IMG/VR virus record: IMGVR_UViG_3300048996_000163
Span: 68,718-132,717 of that record
DNA from: a virus
Direction: 5' to 3' (one strand)
DNA length: 64,000 nucleotides
In this document: positions 18,426 to 28,455 of the stretch, piece by piece
Numbering within the stretch: the first letter of the stretch is position 1
Layout of the letters: each line of letters opens with the position of its first letter
Notes under the pieces: generated by a model
What the model saw: the letters and a program-made list of their open reading frames with translations, nothing else
Told to the model about the DNA's origin: nothing
Databases searched by the model: none
Program-made: the position numbers and the translations under genes

Positions 18426-20009
18426 CTAGAAAGGCCAGGCGCCGTCGATCCCGCGTTCGATCAGCGGAATCATGCGGAGTCCTGCGTCGGTGAGCCCGCC
18501 GAACGCCCACCGGTTCCGGTCCGACGGCGCGTGCCCCATCCGGTAGCCGGCGAGGTTCCAGGTGAACATCGGCACCGAAGCCGGGATCACCGCGCCTGGG
18601 TCGCCGTCGTACGAGGTCTGCTCGTCGGTGAGGATCACTACCCGGTCGTGCTTCGCGAAATGCGCCCGGACCGCGGTCGCCGTGTACGTGCCACCGCCAC
18701 GGAAGTGGCCTTCCTGCCGCCAGCGCTCCAGCGATCGCAGCAGCGACTCGCCGCGGTGCAGGTTGAACACGGACGTGCGTCCGTCGTAGGCGATGACGTC
18801 GGCGTGCGCGCACCGCTGGGCGAGCGCCACACCGAAGATCGTCGCAGCGTCCCACCGGCGCAGGGTGCCGTCCTTGGAGAACACGTCGTTCATCGACCCG
18901 GACACGTCGACCATGACGAGGGTGCGGCCCGGCAACTCGGCGATGTTCGCGAGGCAGTGCCCAAGCGCCTGCTCCAGCGGGTACGACCAGCGAAGCGACG
19001 GCGCCGCCCGGTACGCGGACAGGAACCGCATCGGCAGCTGCCTGGACTTCGCGACCTGCTCCGGGTCGGCGATGCGCGCGGCAACGGTCGCGGCGACCTC
19101 GTCGGAGACGCCGGCCTCGTCGAAGTTGCGCAGGTTCCGCAGGAGCGCCATGTACCCCATCGACGGGATCAGCGAGGTCCACAGCTTCGCCTTGTCGACC
19201 TTCGACCCGGCGAGCGACAGCACGTCCTCCCACGTCATGCCCGCCTCGCGGAGCCGGTCGGCGTCGAGCAGGACGGACGGCTCCCGCTCGGCCTGGAGGC
19301 GCAGCAGCGAGTTCGCGGCTAGCATCGGCAGTGACGTCGGGAACTCCACCTCGCGGCCGTGACGGCGGTCGAGCGCCTGCTTGAACAGGTCACCCTGCCA
19401 TGCGAGTTCCGCAGTCGGGTGGACGAGGTCGAGCACGTCACCGAACCGGAAGCCCTTCGACGCGGTGTCGTACTTGAGCAGGTTCCGCTCGGTGTACAGC
19501 CGCTGCACCCCGTCGGCGATGCCCCGCTTCACCGGCTTCGGCACCTTCCGGCCGTACCGCGACAGCCAGTAGGCGAGCATCTCGCCCGGCTCGTCGGCGC
19601 GCTGCAGCACGGACGCGACCACGGCCCGGTTCTTCGCGTGGTCGGGGAGTGCCTGGTCGCCGCCGCCGAGGGTGAGCCGTCCGCGGACGTACTCGGCGGC
19701 GCCGACGATCGCGGCGGTCCGCATGTTCGCCGACCCGCGTAGCCAGCCGAGGAACCGGGCCGCCCAGCCGGGGTCCTCGACGGCGAGCCGCTGGACGAGC
19801 TCGACGAAACGGGAGTCGCGGTCGCCGGACTTCTCGTAGAAGGTGTCCTCGCCGACCATGTTGGTCACGGCCAGGAGAAAAAGTTCGGACTTCACGTCCC
19901 GCGTGTAGCCGGCGGCACCCTCGTGGGTCACGCCGGTCGGGCGCTGCTCGGTCGCGATGGGGCCGGTTCCGGATGCTGCACGGACACCGACCTGGTTGAA
20001 CTTGGACAT
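18426..20009 (-). CDS. rsr: Ro60/TROVE domain RNA-binding protein with vWA domain
   Basis: ELFLLAV...DTFYE, RADEPGE, KPVKRG, LLKY, YMALLRNLRNF, MIDAS DVSGSM, ILTDEQ. Confidence 0.93.
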   Translation of the reverse strand: MSKFNQVGVRAASGTGPIATEQRPTGVTHEGAAGYTRDVKSELFLLAVTNMVGEDTFYEKSGDRDSRFVELVQRLAVEDPGWAARFLGWLRGSANMRTAAIVGAAEYVRGRLTLGGGDQALPDHAKNRAVVASVLQRADEPGEMLAYWLSRYGRKVPKPVKRGIADGVQRLYTERNLLKYDTASKGFRFGDVLDLVHPTAELAWQGDLFKQALDRRHGREVEFPTSLPMLAANSLLRLQAEREPSVLLDADRLREAGMTWEDVLSLAGSKVDKAKLWTSLIPSMGYMALLRNLRNFDEAGVSDEVAATVAARIADPEQVAKSRQLPMRFLSAYRAAPSLRWSYPLEQALGHCLANIAELPGRTLVMVDVSGSMNDVFSKDGTLRRWDAATIFGVALAQRCAHADVIAYDGRTSVFNLHRGESLLRSLERWRQEGHFRGGGTYTATAVRAHFAKHDRVVILTDEQTSYDGDPGAVIPASVPMFTWNLAGYRMGHAPSDRNRWAFGGLTDAGLRMIPLIERGIDGAWPF

Positions 20010-20043
20010 GAGAAAAGGCCCCTTCCGCACCGGGAGGAGCCTG

Positions 20044-20200
20044 CTTCAGTTGCGAGTGCCCGAGATCAAGGTCGGGAGCGGTATGAGTGCCTTTGCTCTG
20101 CCATCTGAGCTACCGGCGTCGAAACGCCGAGCAGGAATTGAACCTGCGACCCAAGGATTAGAAGTAACCGCCACCTGCGCACCGGGCACCGCATCTGAAG
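20044..20200 (-). ncRNA. yrlA: YrlA-type Y RNA with tRNA-like domain
   Basis: 5' GUGCCCGGUGCGCAG pairs with 3' UUGAUCUCGGGCAC; permuted T-arm GCAGG-UUCAAUU-CCUGC, closed acceptor stem CGGCGU-UUCG-ACGCCG, D-arm UAGCUCAGAUGGCAGAGC. Confidence 0.88.
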
Positions 20201-20210
20201 TTGTAGGCCG

Positions 20211-20276
20211 CTCCCGAGATCAATGTGCCAGCGGTGTTTTTCGCAGAAGAAGTAACCGCTGGCGGCGCACCGGGAG
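20211..20276 (-). ncRNA. second, minimal Y RNA (Ro-binding stem only)
   Basis: CUCCCGGUGCGC...GCGGUUACUUCU...UUGAUCUCGGGAG; same three motifs as the YrlA copy, no tRNA-like domain. Confidence 0.8.
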
Positions 20277-20287
20277 ATGCTCGGGTC

Positions 20288-20316
20288 ACGCTAGCAGGCT
20301 CGGATCCGCAGTGCCA
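20288..20316 (-). promoter_or_regulatory. promoter for the Y RNA-Ro operon
   Basis: TGGCAC-17 bp-TAGCGT just upstream of the first Y RNA. Confidence 0.55.
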
Positions 20317-20348
20317 CGCGATTCACTCGCAAGCCGTCGATGCCACAC

Positions 20349-20888
20349 CTACCTCGCGTGGTCGTGCGCCTTCACCGTCGCGTCGAGCACCGGCACGTCG
20401 ACCGGCCGACTGCCGCGCTTCACGTCGTGGGCGACCGCGGCCTGCTCGGCGAGGTGCACGGCGGCGTCGACGAGCTTGCGGAGGGCGTCGCGGTCGCGGT
20501 CGCTGATGCCGGAGTCGGGGTGCAGCCAGGCGTCGACCTGCTGGCCGGGGGTGAGGCCACCGCCGAGCATCGGGGGCGGGTCGGTGCCGGCCTGGTGCAT
20601 CCCGGCGCCGTACTTCGCCGCATCCTCGGGAACGTAGATGACCTGCGTGCCGGGCGCGGGCGGATCTCCACCGTCGAGGATCGACCGCACAGCTCCCGGT
20701 GGCCACTGGAGCGCCTTCTCCAGCTTGGCAATCAGCGAGTCCCGATAGCCCTTCTCTTCGCCCCGTTCGAGCTCGCCGACAGTCCGTGAGCCGATGCCGG
20801 CCATGGCGGCGAAGTCGTCGCGCCGGTCGTAACCGAGTTCGACACGTCGCGACGTTATGGCTCTGCCGAGTGCTGCCCATTCCCCCAC
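20349..20888 (-). CDS. XRE immunity-type repressor
   Basis: FAAMAGIGSRTVGELERG...LEKALQWPPGAVRSILDGGDP. Confidence 0.75.
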   Translation of the reverse strand: MGEWAALGRAITSRRVELGYDRRDDFAAMAGIGSRTVGELERGEEKGYRDSLIAKLEKALQWPPGAVRSILDGGDPPAPGTQVIYVPEDAAKYGAGMHQAGTDPPPMLGGGLTPGQQVDAWLHPDSGISDRDRDALRKLVDAAVHLAEQAAVAHDVKRGSRPVDVPVLDATVKAHDHAR

Positions 20889-20990
20889 GCGGCCAATGCT
20901 GCCAGCGGGCGCACGTATGTGCCAGCACCGTCGGGCGACCAGCCGTCCGGCGGCTTGCCAAAGCGCACGTAACTGCCTATAGTTGCCAGT

Positions 20991-21227
20991 ATGCGCACAC
21001 GCACCGGCATCACAGTGAACGGCCACGCCGTTCGTGCACTGCGCGACGCGCTCGGATTCGACATCCCGACGTTCGCCAAGGCGGTCGGCGTCAGCGTCCC
21101 GTTCATGTCGCGCATCGAACGCAACAAGCGGCAGCCGTCCCCGATGGTCCGCGCCCGCATGGTCGCCGTCCTCGGCGTTCCGCTGAACGCGATCACCATC
21201 CACCCCGACGAGCTCGAAGCCGCCTGA
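20991..21227 (+). CDS. Cro-like XRE protein
   Basis: FAKAVGVSVPFMSRIERNKRQPSP; leaderless after TATAGT. Confidence 0.8.
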   Translation: MRTRTGITVNGHAVRALRDALGFDIPTFAKAVGVSVPFMSRIERNKRQPSPMVRARMVAVLGVPLNAITIHPDELEAA

Positions 21228-21302
21228 CCCCAGAAACAGACCGACCCGGCCAGTGGTCGCCACCACTTGTCGGCCGGGTCCTAATCGGGAGGGAACCCCG
21301 AA

Positions 21303-22383
21303 ATGTCTCACCCCGAGCCTAGCAAGATCGGCACCACTCGCACCATCACCACCGACCGGGCTGCCCGCCGCGAGGACCGCGCTGCCCGCAACCGCCGGCG
21401 TCGCGCCGTCGAGGTCAACGAGCTGCGGTTCGCGATGACCGAGGCCCGCACCCTGCGTCAGTTCAAGCGCCTGCTGGGCGGTGCGGCATGAGCACCCCGA
21501 TCGTGTTCAAGACCGATCTGCACGGCCACCCCATCACCGAGAGCGGCAAGCCTGTCACCTGCGACGGCTGCGGCGCCGTCCTCACCGTGCAGCCCGGCCC
21601 GGACCAGCAGCAGCCCGTTCCGGCCGACGTCGCCCGCGAGGTCTACGGCCAGGAGCCCGGCGTGCTGACGTACGTCGTCTGCGAGCGTGGCGCCGCATGC
21701 TTCACCCTCGCGCAGCTCGGCGACGAGATGCACGCTCGCACGCGCTGTCGCGTTCCCGACTGCCGCGGCGACCGCTGTTCAGTCGAGGGCAGGCCCTCAT
21801 GAGCGGCCAGCCCGTCGCCGGTGACGGCCAGCATCAGGCGTGTGACCAGTGCGGCATCGTCGCCCCGTTCGCCGACCTGGACATGCAGTACAGCTACGGC
21901 ATCGGCGTTGAGATCGAGTGCCGCGACGGTGCCGCATGCAAGGCGCGGCGTGATGCGCCCACCCCGAACCGCCTCATCGACAACGTTGTGGACGCGCTCG
22001 CCGCGCTCGGGATCTCCGCCAACGCCGACGACGACCTCAACGAGGACGACGACTTCTGCGGACTGAGCATCGACCCGCGATACCTCATCGACAGCGACGC
22101 CGAAGGCATGCACGTCGGGTGGGACGCCGACAACGGCTGGACCTTCACCGACTGGTGCGACCCGCCGACCGGCGGCGACAACACGTCCTACCTCGACCCC
22201 GCCGATCCTGCCGGGCCGCGCGAGGTCGCCGAGCGGGTGAAGGCGATCCTCGACGGCACCGTCACCGAGTTCCGGGCCGCCTGCGTCTGCTACGGCGACC
22301 AGAAGAGCACGCAATGCAGTCTTCACGGCCTCGACTACGTGCGTCAGCTGCTCGCAGCCATGAACGGCACCCCACGTACCTGA
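21303..22383 (+). CDS. three coupled hypothetical ORFs (21303-21491, 21488-21802, 21799-22383)
   Basis: ATGA overlaps; CxxC motifs. Confidence 0.6.
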
Positions 22384-22418
22384 CCGACCCCTCCCAACGC
22401 CCGGAAGGGGCATCCAAC

Positions 22419-22490
22419 GTGCGCACGAACAAGCCGGCCGCCCGCGGAAGCGTGACGCCGCGGGCGGCCGGCACGCGGGGGCTGTCGTGA
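22419..22490 (+). CDS. 23-aa leader peptide coupled to the ATPase
   Basis: GAAGGGG SD; VRTNKPAARGSVTPRAAGTRGLS; GTGA overlap; internal 15-bp stem. Confidence 0.5.
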   Translation: MRTNKPAARGSVTPRAAGTRGLS

Positions 22491-23866
22491 GTGAAGACCA
22501 GCCACCCGAGCCGGAGATCGGCACTCTCGCGCACTGTCACTGGGCCTTCACCAAATGGCTCGGCAAGTCCTACGACCTCGGCGCTCTCGACGTGACCATG
22601 TCCGTGGCGGCCTGCGAGGACCTCGGCGGGGACCCGCCGTGGCTGCTCGTGCTGTCCGGGCCGGGCAACGCGAAGACCGAGACCGTCGGATCGCTCGCCG
22701 GTATCGACGCGCACATCACCTCGACGATCACCAGCGAAGGCGCCCTGCTCTCCGCGACCGCACAGAAGGAGCGCGGCAAGGACGCCACCGGCGGGCTGCT
22801 GCGGAAGATCGGCGCCAGCGGCCTGCTCGTCATCAAGGACTTCACGACGATCCTCTCGATGAGCCGCGACGCCCGCGCCAGCGTGCTCGCCGCCCTCCGC
22901 GAGATCTACGACGGCAAGTGGGAACGCAACGTCGGCGCCGACGATGGGCGCACCCTGACGTGGATCGGCCGGATCGTGCTCATCGGCGCGGTCACCTCCG
23001 CATACGACGCGGCCCATGCGGTCATCGCCGCGATGGGCGACCGGTTCGCCGTCATCCGCATGAACTCCTCCGAGAGCGTCGGCCGGCTCGCCGCCGGTCG
23101 CCAGGCGCTGCTGAACGTCGACCACGAGACCGAGATGCGCGCCGAGCTTGCCGCGTCGGTCGGCGCACTGCTGAAGAAGGTCGACGAGTCCAAGGCGGTA
23201 CTCGACGGCGAATCGCAGGACCGGCTGCTTGAGGTGGCGAACCTCGTCACCTGGGCGCGGACCGCGGTCGAGCGCGACTACCAAGGCAACGTCATCGATG
23301 CGCACGCACCGGAGATGCCGACGCGGTTCGCGAAGATGCTCGGCCAGGTAGTCCGTGGCGGGCTGTCGCTCGGCATGACGCTCGAAGCGGCGATGCACGG
23401 AGCGATCCGGGTGGCCGGCGACTCGATGCCGCCGTTGCGGCTGTCCGTGCTCGCGGACATCGCCGCACACCCGAACTCGCGGACGTCCGACGCACGGAAA
23501 CGACTACAGAAGCCGCACAACACGATCGACCGGGAGCTGCAGGCGCTGCACATCCTGGGGCTGCTGTCGCAGGACGAGCCGACGGTCGGTGGTGGTTGGT
23601 TGTGGGCGTTGACGTCGGAGGCCGATCCCAAGGTGCTCTCGATCTTGGTTTCCAGAAATGGCTGTCTGGGGGCATTGGGAACAAAGGAAGAAGAGACGAC
23701 AGACGACGGTGGAGTACGCCGGGGTACAGCCAAAGCTGGAAACCAAGATCGCGAAACGGCGACGGTCGTCCCGCTCTTCGGCGATGCCCAGCCCGTCTGT
23801 CCTCGCTGCGGCTTTGACCTGGACTCCAACGGACACGCAGCGACCTGCGAAGGCATCGCCGCGTGA
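22487..23866 (+). CDS. AAA+ helicase-like replication ATPase with HTH
   Basis: PPWLLVLSGPGNAKT, LVIKDFTTIL, REIYDGKWER, MGDRF, C-terminal HTH. Confidence 0.75.
   Translation: MSEDQPPEPEIGTLAHCHWAFTKWLGKSYDLGALDVTMSVAACEDLGGDPPWLLVLSGPGNAKTETVGSLAGIDAHITSTITSEGALLSATAQKERGKDATGGLLRKIGASGLLVIKDFTTILSMSRDARASVLAALREIYDGKWERNVGADDGRTLTWIGRIVLIGAVTSAYDAAHAVIAAMGDRFAVIRMNSSESVGRLAAGRQALLNVDHETEMRAELAASVGALLKKVDESKAVLDGESQDRLLEVANLVTWARTAVERDYQGNVIDAHAPEMPTRFAKMLGQVVRGGLSLGMTLEAAMHGAIRVAGDSMPPLRLSVLADIAAHPNSRTSDARKRLQKPHNTIDRELQALHILGLLSQDEPTVGGGWLWALTSEADPKVLSILVSRNGCLGALGTKEEETTDDGGVRRGTAKAGNQDRETATVVPLFGDAQPVCPRCGFDLDSNGHAATCEGIAA
23640..23751. repeat. 16-bp perfect inverted repeat in the ATPase 3' end; candidate origin 2
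   Basis: CGATCTTGGTTTCCAG ... CTGGAAACCAAGATCG with inner GGCTGT/ACAGCC and a purine-rich spacer. Confidence 0.7.
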
Positions 23867-23919
23867 TCCACGCCGCCCTGAGGCCAACCACCGCCCACCG
23901 CAACGAAACGGATCCCCCG

Positions 23920-26900
23920 ATGACCGCCACCCCGCTCACCGTCCACAACGCCGAGATCCGCACCGCCACCGTCGAGATCAAGACCCTGACCGTCTCCGGC
24001 AAGCAGGTCACCCTCGCCGTGTTCCGGCAGCTCATCCAGGACCACCTGATCGACCAGGACGGCGGCCTGCGCGGCACCCCATGGGGCGTCGTGAACTACC
24101 ACCCCGACAAGTGCGGCGACCACCCGTACCACCTGCACGTCGCCTGGCAGAACGGCTCGGACCTTCGCCGAGACCGGATCGACCCGCCACGCCAGGCCGC
24201 CCTGCACGGTCGAACGGCCGCACTGGCGTTCATCGCCGCCATCCGCGCCGGACTCCGGGAGCCCAACCGCGGCACTGCTGTCGATGGCCACGGACTTGTC
24301 GGCGTGAAGTGCTCGCTTGATCTGCACCCGCATACCGGGATGTCGAACAGCGCCACGAGGCAGGTCCGTTTCATCCACGACGGCGTGTCGTACAGCACCG
24401 CGGTGAAGGTCGAAGTCGGAAAGGCGTTCCAGGGAGAGCCGGCGGCGCTTGCCTGGCTCGAAGAGTCCGCAGCATCGACCGTCCCGCCCCTCGACGAGGC
24501 ACTGTCGCTGCTCCCCAGCGCGCAGTACCGCCGACTGTGGTCGGAGATCTCCGCCCTCCCTCAGCTCTTCATCGCCGTCTGACCCGACGAGGCTGCATGA
24601 ACGCGGCCTGCAGTCCCGCGCGGACCTCTGCCCGCGCCTTCCTCGACGCCGTTCTTCAACTTCCGATCAACCGCAAAGGAGCCGACATGACCAACTACTT
24701 CCCCGCCGCCTCGATCCTGCCCGCACTCACCGATGAGGCGCTGCAGCGGCAGACGTTCTACGCCGGCGAGATCGCCGAGCTGCTGCTGACGATCCCGGCG
24801 GAGTTCCGTCAGGCCGCAGCAGCGGAGCAGCACTGCCGGTCCACGAAGACGACCTACGCGCCGACGAACTCCGGTCTGCACGAGGCGAGGGCCGAGCGGG
24901 TCCGCGACTCGCTGGAGACGTGGCATGAGGTTGTCGCCGAGATCGCACAGCAGGTCGCGAAGGCGGGTGCCAGCTGATGACCCCCACCACCAACCGGCCC
25001 CCCACCGCCGCACCGCGTGTCATCACCGCCGACCCCGGCGTCCAGCCCGAGCTGGAGCCGACCGGCTTCCACTGCGACGGCACGACCTTCGACGACTGTG
25101 AGGCGTGCGCGAAGGGCTGGTGCGGCTTCCCCGACCAGCACTGCGAGCACCGCGACCCCTCAGATCCTGACGATGACGGCGGCAACGACTGGTGCACACA
25201 CTGCGGCTGCTGCCCGTGCAACTCGTGCATGTACGCGAGGCACGCGTGACCGCCGAGCGGCCGGCCGCGCTCAGCGCGAAGGCCGAGTCCGTCCTGCGGA
25301 TCGCCCGTTCGATCGGCGGCCCGTTCACCCGCGCGGACTGCGGCATCCCGCGTGACGACCGCCCCGACTGCGTCATGGCCGAGCTGCTGGGCGCCGGCGT
25401 CGTGGAGCGGGCGGAAGGGCTGCGCGACGGCTGGCTGCTGTGGCGGCTGACGGACACCGCAAGCGGCGTTTCCGCCTCGGCCGTCCCGTGCCCGCGGTGC
25501 GCTGGTCTCGCGGTAGAGCTGGCCGCCACGCAGCAGATGCTCGACGTGATGACGACGCCCGAGCCCGTCTTCCTGACCCATCCCACAGTCGCGTCCGGCT
25601 GGCTGTACATCGGCGATCACTCCCCCGCGTTCCTGGCCGCGGTCGCCGCGCACCTGGAGGCGCACGAGGACCTGGACGTGCAGGAGATCGGCGCCCGGAT
25701 CCGCGCGGCGGGTGGTGCAGCGTGAGCCCGGTCACCCGGCACCACCGTGGCCGAGTCGCCATCGACCCATCCCTGCTCGACGACATCGACGGCGTGCTCG
25801 CCATGGACACCGCCGAGCCGCCGGAGGTGGTCAGGCCGCTCGGCGACCAACTCCGCGACTACCACCGCGACCTGAACCTCGACCGTGAGCGGGACACCGC
25901 TGAAGGCGTCCACGACTGGATGTACGTCAGCGAGGTCGACTCGGTGCAGCGGTGCCGGGCCAGCCTCGACGGTGGCACGGTGGACGCCCAGTACTTCTCC
26001 GAGGTCCGCAACGTCCTCGACGGGCTGACGCTGTCGTTCGAGTCGGAGTGCGGCGGCGGCGACTGCTGCAACGAGTGCAACTGGTGCCGGTTCCTGATCC
26101 TCCGCGACCGGTGCGACGTCGCCCTGAACCGGCAGGGGTTCGAGCGGCCGGCGTACCTCGACGAGCCGGACTACGACCCCGACGAACTGTGGCGCGGTAC
26201 GAACCGGAAGGACCTGCGATGAGCCGCAACCGCACCTGGAACCCACTGCAGACGGACCGTCGTCGCCGTCCGGAGACCGGGAACCTGATCGCCCTCGACC
26301 ACGCCGTCTGGCGCATCGCCGCCGTCACCGACCTGCCGTTCAGCGACACCGACCGCGAGACGTGGATGGACGTCGGCATGCCCGATCCGGCGACATGGCA
26401 CGGCCGTCCCTACCGCGCGGACGTCGACTGGGTCGCCGGGGTCCGCCCCGACTGGGCGCTGACCGGACCGGTCGACACGGCGTCGGTGGACATCGCCGCG
26501 AACAACAGCTGGTCCGGCGCGCAGTGGGACGTGTACCCGCCGTCGGGCCGCTGGCCGCAGTGCTCGTGCTGCGGTGAGCCGATGCCGTGCCGCGCGGAGA
26601 TGGAAGACCGCGAGGTAACCGCGGGCCTGAACCTGGTGGAGAAGTTCGCGAAGCGGCTCCCCGGCTGCTGCTGGGGCTGTGAGGAGCCGATCACCCGCCG
26701 CCAGAAGTCGGTGACGTACGCCGGCGACAACCTGGACCTGCCGGGCGGGCCGGAGGCGCGGTTCCACACCCGCGCCGACTGCCACTACTACGCCTGCCGG
26801 TACGAGCTGCGCTGGATCGCCGTCGACCCTCGGCGGGAGCGGGTCCTGACCTACCCGAAGTGCGCCGGGATCCTCGTCGTTCATGGTGACGGGTCGTCGG

Positions 26901-27724
26901 AGTGCCGGTCCGGGACGAGCGCCCTCGGTGGCGTCCGTGAGAGCGAGCGGGAGTGCCGCGGCCACCTGACCCACGACCACGCCGCGCATCAGGCGTGCTA
27001 CGTCGGCGACTCGTACTTCGTGCAACTCGCCGACATGCCCGGCTGCCCGCGTGGCTGCCCGCGCGACGAAACCCACCCCGGCACCCGCACGACACCGCGC
27101 CCGCCGCGTGTGGCGTACGCCCAGCCGACCCTCTGACCCGCTAACCGAAGGAGACCCCGATGACCGACGAACGCGACTACAGCAACGACGTGGGGGACCC
27201 GCTGTTCCCCGACGATGACGACCACTGCGGCAACGACTGCGGCGGCTACCGCGACGAGGACTCCGGCGACTGGGAGGACGCGGTTGCCTGCGTCTGCTGC
27301 GAGTGCTGCTGCACGTGCACGTCGTGCGAGTACGCGAGGGTCGGCTGATGTGGGACCCCGAATGCCCTGATGAGTGGCACCGCAACGACGTGCTCGACCA
27401 ACCGTGCCCGGAGTGCGGTCAGGAGCTCGACCCGGCGTGGGTCTGGTACGACCCGCCCGCGACAACCCCGAAGGAGACCCGATGACCGAGACCCCCGAGG
27501 AGCGTCAGGCCCGTATGGACCGGATGCTCGACGAGCTGCTGATCCACCCCGGCCGCCCGCGGCCCGCCTACCTGGACGACCCGGCCCGCCTCCAGTCGCT
27601 CGCCGACGACCGGGCCAAGATGCCCGAGAACCCGCGCTGCTCGTACTGCGGCTCGCAGGCCGTGTCAGCAGTCGCCGGCGTGCAGGCGTGCAACGACTGC
27701 GGCATGACGGGTGGTACGCGATGA
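23920..27724 (+). CDS. array of phage-type hypothetical ORFs (23920-24582, 24687-24977, 24977-25249, 25246-25725, 25722-26222, 26219-27136, 27160-27348, 27348-27485, 27482-27724), many Cys-rich
   Basis: Stop/start overlaps and SDs. Confidence 0.6.
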
Positions 27725-28455
27725 CCTCATACGCCCGCTACCAGCAGCTGCTCGCCGAGTCGAAGGCCCGTTTCACCTCGGACACCACCGACCACGAGAT
27801 GACGGTCCTTCACGATGACGGCCTGTACCGGCACGTCCGGTTCGCGGAGCCCGGCACCGGCATGTACTCGTTCAACCTGATCACCTGGCCCGGCTACCTG
27901 ACGATCTGCGGCGACATGCCCGTCACCGCGCTCACGTTCCGCCGGCTCGACGACATGTTCGCGTTCTTCCGCCAAGCCGACATCAACCCCGGCTACTGGG
28001 CGGAGAAGCTCTGCTCGGGCCGGGACGCGGCGACCGGCTACTCGGAGGGCAAGTTCCGGCTCCTCGTCGACGAGCGGGTCACCGACGCGGTCGAGGCCGA
28101 CCCGGAGTTGGAGCCCGTCGACGAGGACCGGCCCGGTCTGGTCGCCGCGGTCGCCGCAGCGTTGGAGGACGAGTACGACCCGTCGTATGAGGAGACGGCG
28201 CGGGAGTTCCTGCAGCGGTTCACGTACGACTACACCGACTCGGCCGCCCGGCAGCAGTGCTTCCAGTTCCGGGACACGTGGGAGTGGGATCTCACTGAGT
28301 ACGACTGGTCGTTCCTGTGGGCATGCCACGCGATCCGCTGGGGTGTCGAGCAGTACACCGCGGCTCGTGGCGTTGCGCCGGTTGAGACCGTGCCCGTTGC
28401 GCCGGTCGCGCCGGTCGGCGTGGAGACGCTGGTAGCGGCGGGCGGCGTGCTGTGA
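27721..28455 (+). CDS. conserved phage protein
   Basis: HEMTVLHDDGLYRHVRF...LITWPGYLTICGD...INPGYWAEK motif. Confidence 0.7.
   Translation: MTSYARYQQLLAESKARFTSDTTDHEMTVLHDDGLYRHVRFAEPGTGMYSFNLITWPGYLTICGDMPVTALTFRRLDDMFAFFRQADINPGYWAEKLCSGRDAATGYSEGKFRLLVDERVTDAVEADPELEPVDEDRPGLVAAVAAALEDEYDPSYEETAREFLQRFTYDYTDSAARQQCFQFRDTWEWDLTEYDWSFLWACHAIRWGVEQYTAARGVAPVETVPVAPVAPVGVETLVAAGGVL

Noticed and set aside
20095-20147. canonical tRNA gene
   Set aside because: T-arm precedes D-arm, acceptor stem is closed by a loop, and there is no anticodon loop; this is the YrlA tRNA-like domain
27160-27348. lanthipeptide/ranthipeptide precursor
   Set aside because: No maturase in the window and it lies in a coupled phage-type array; kept only as a Cys-rich protein
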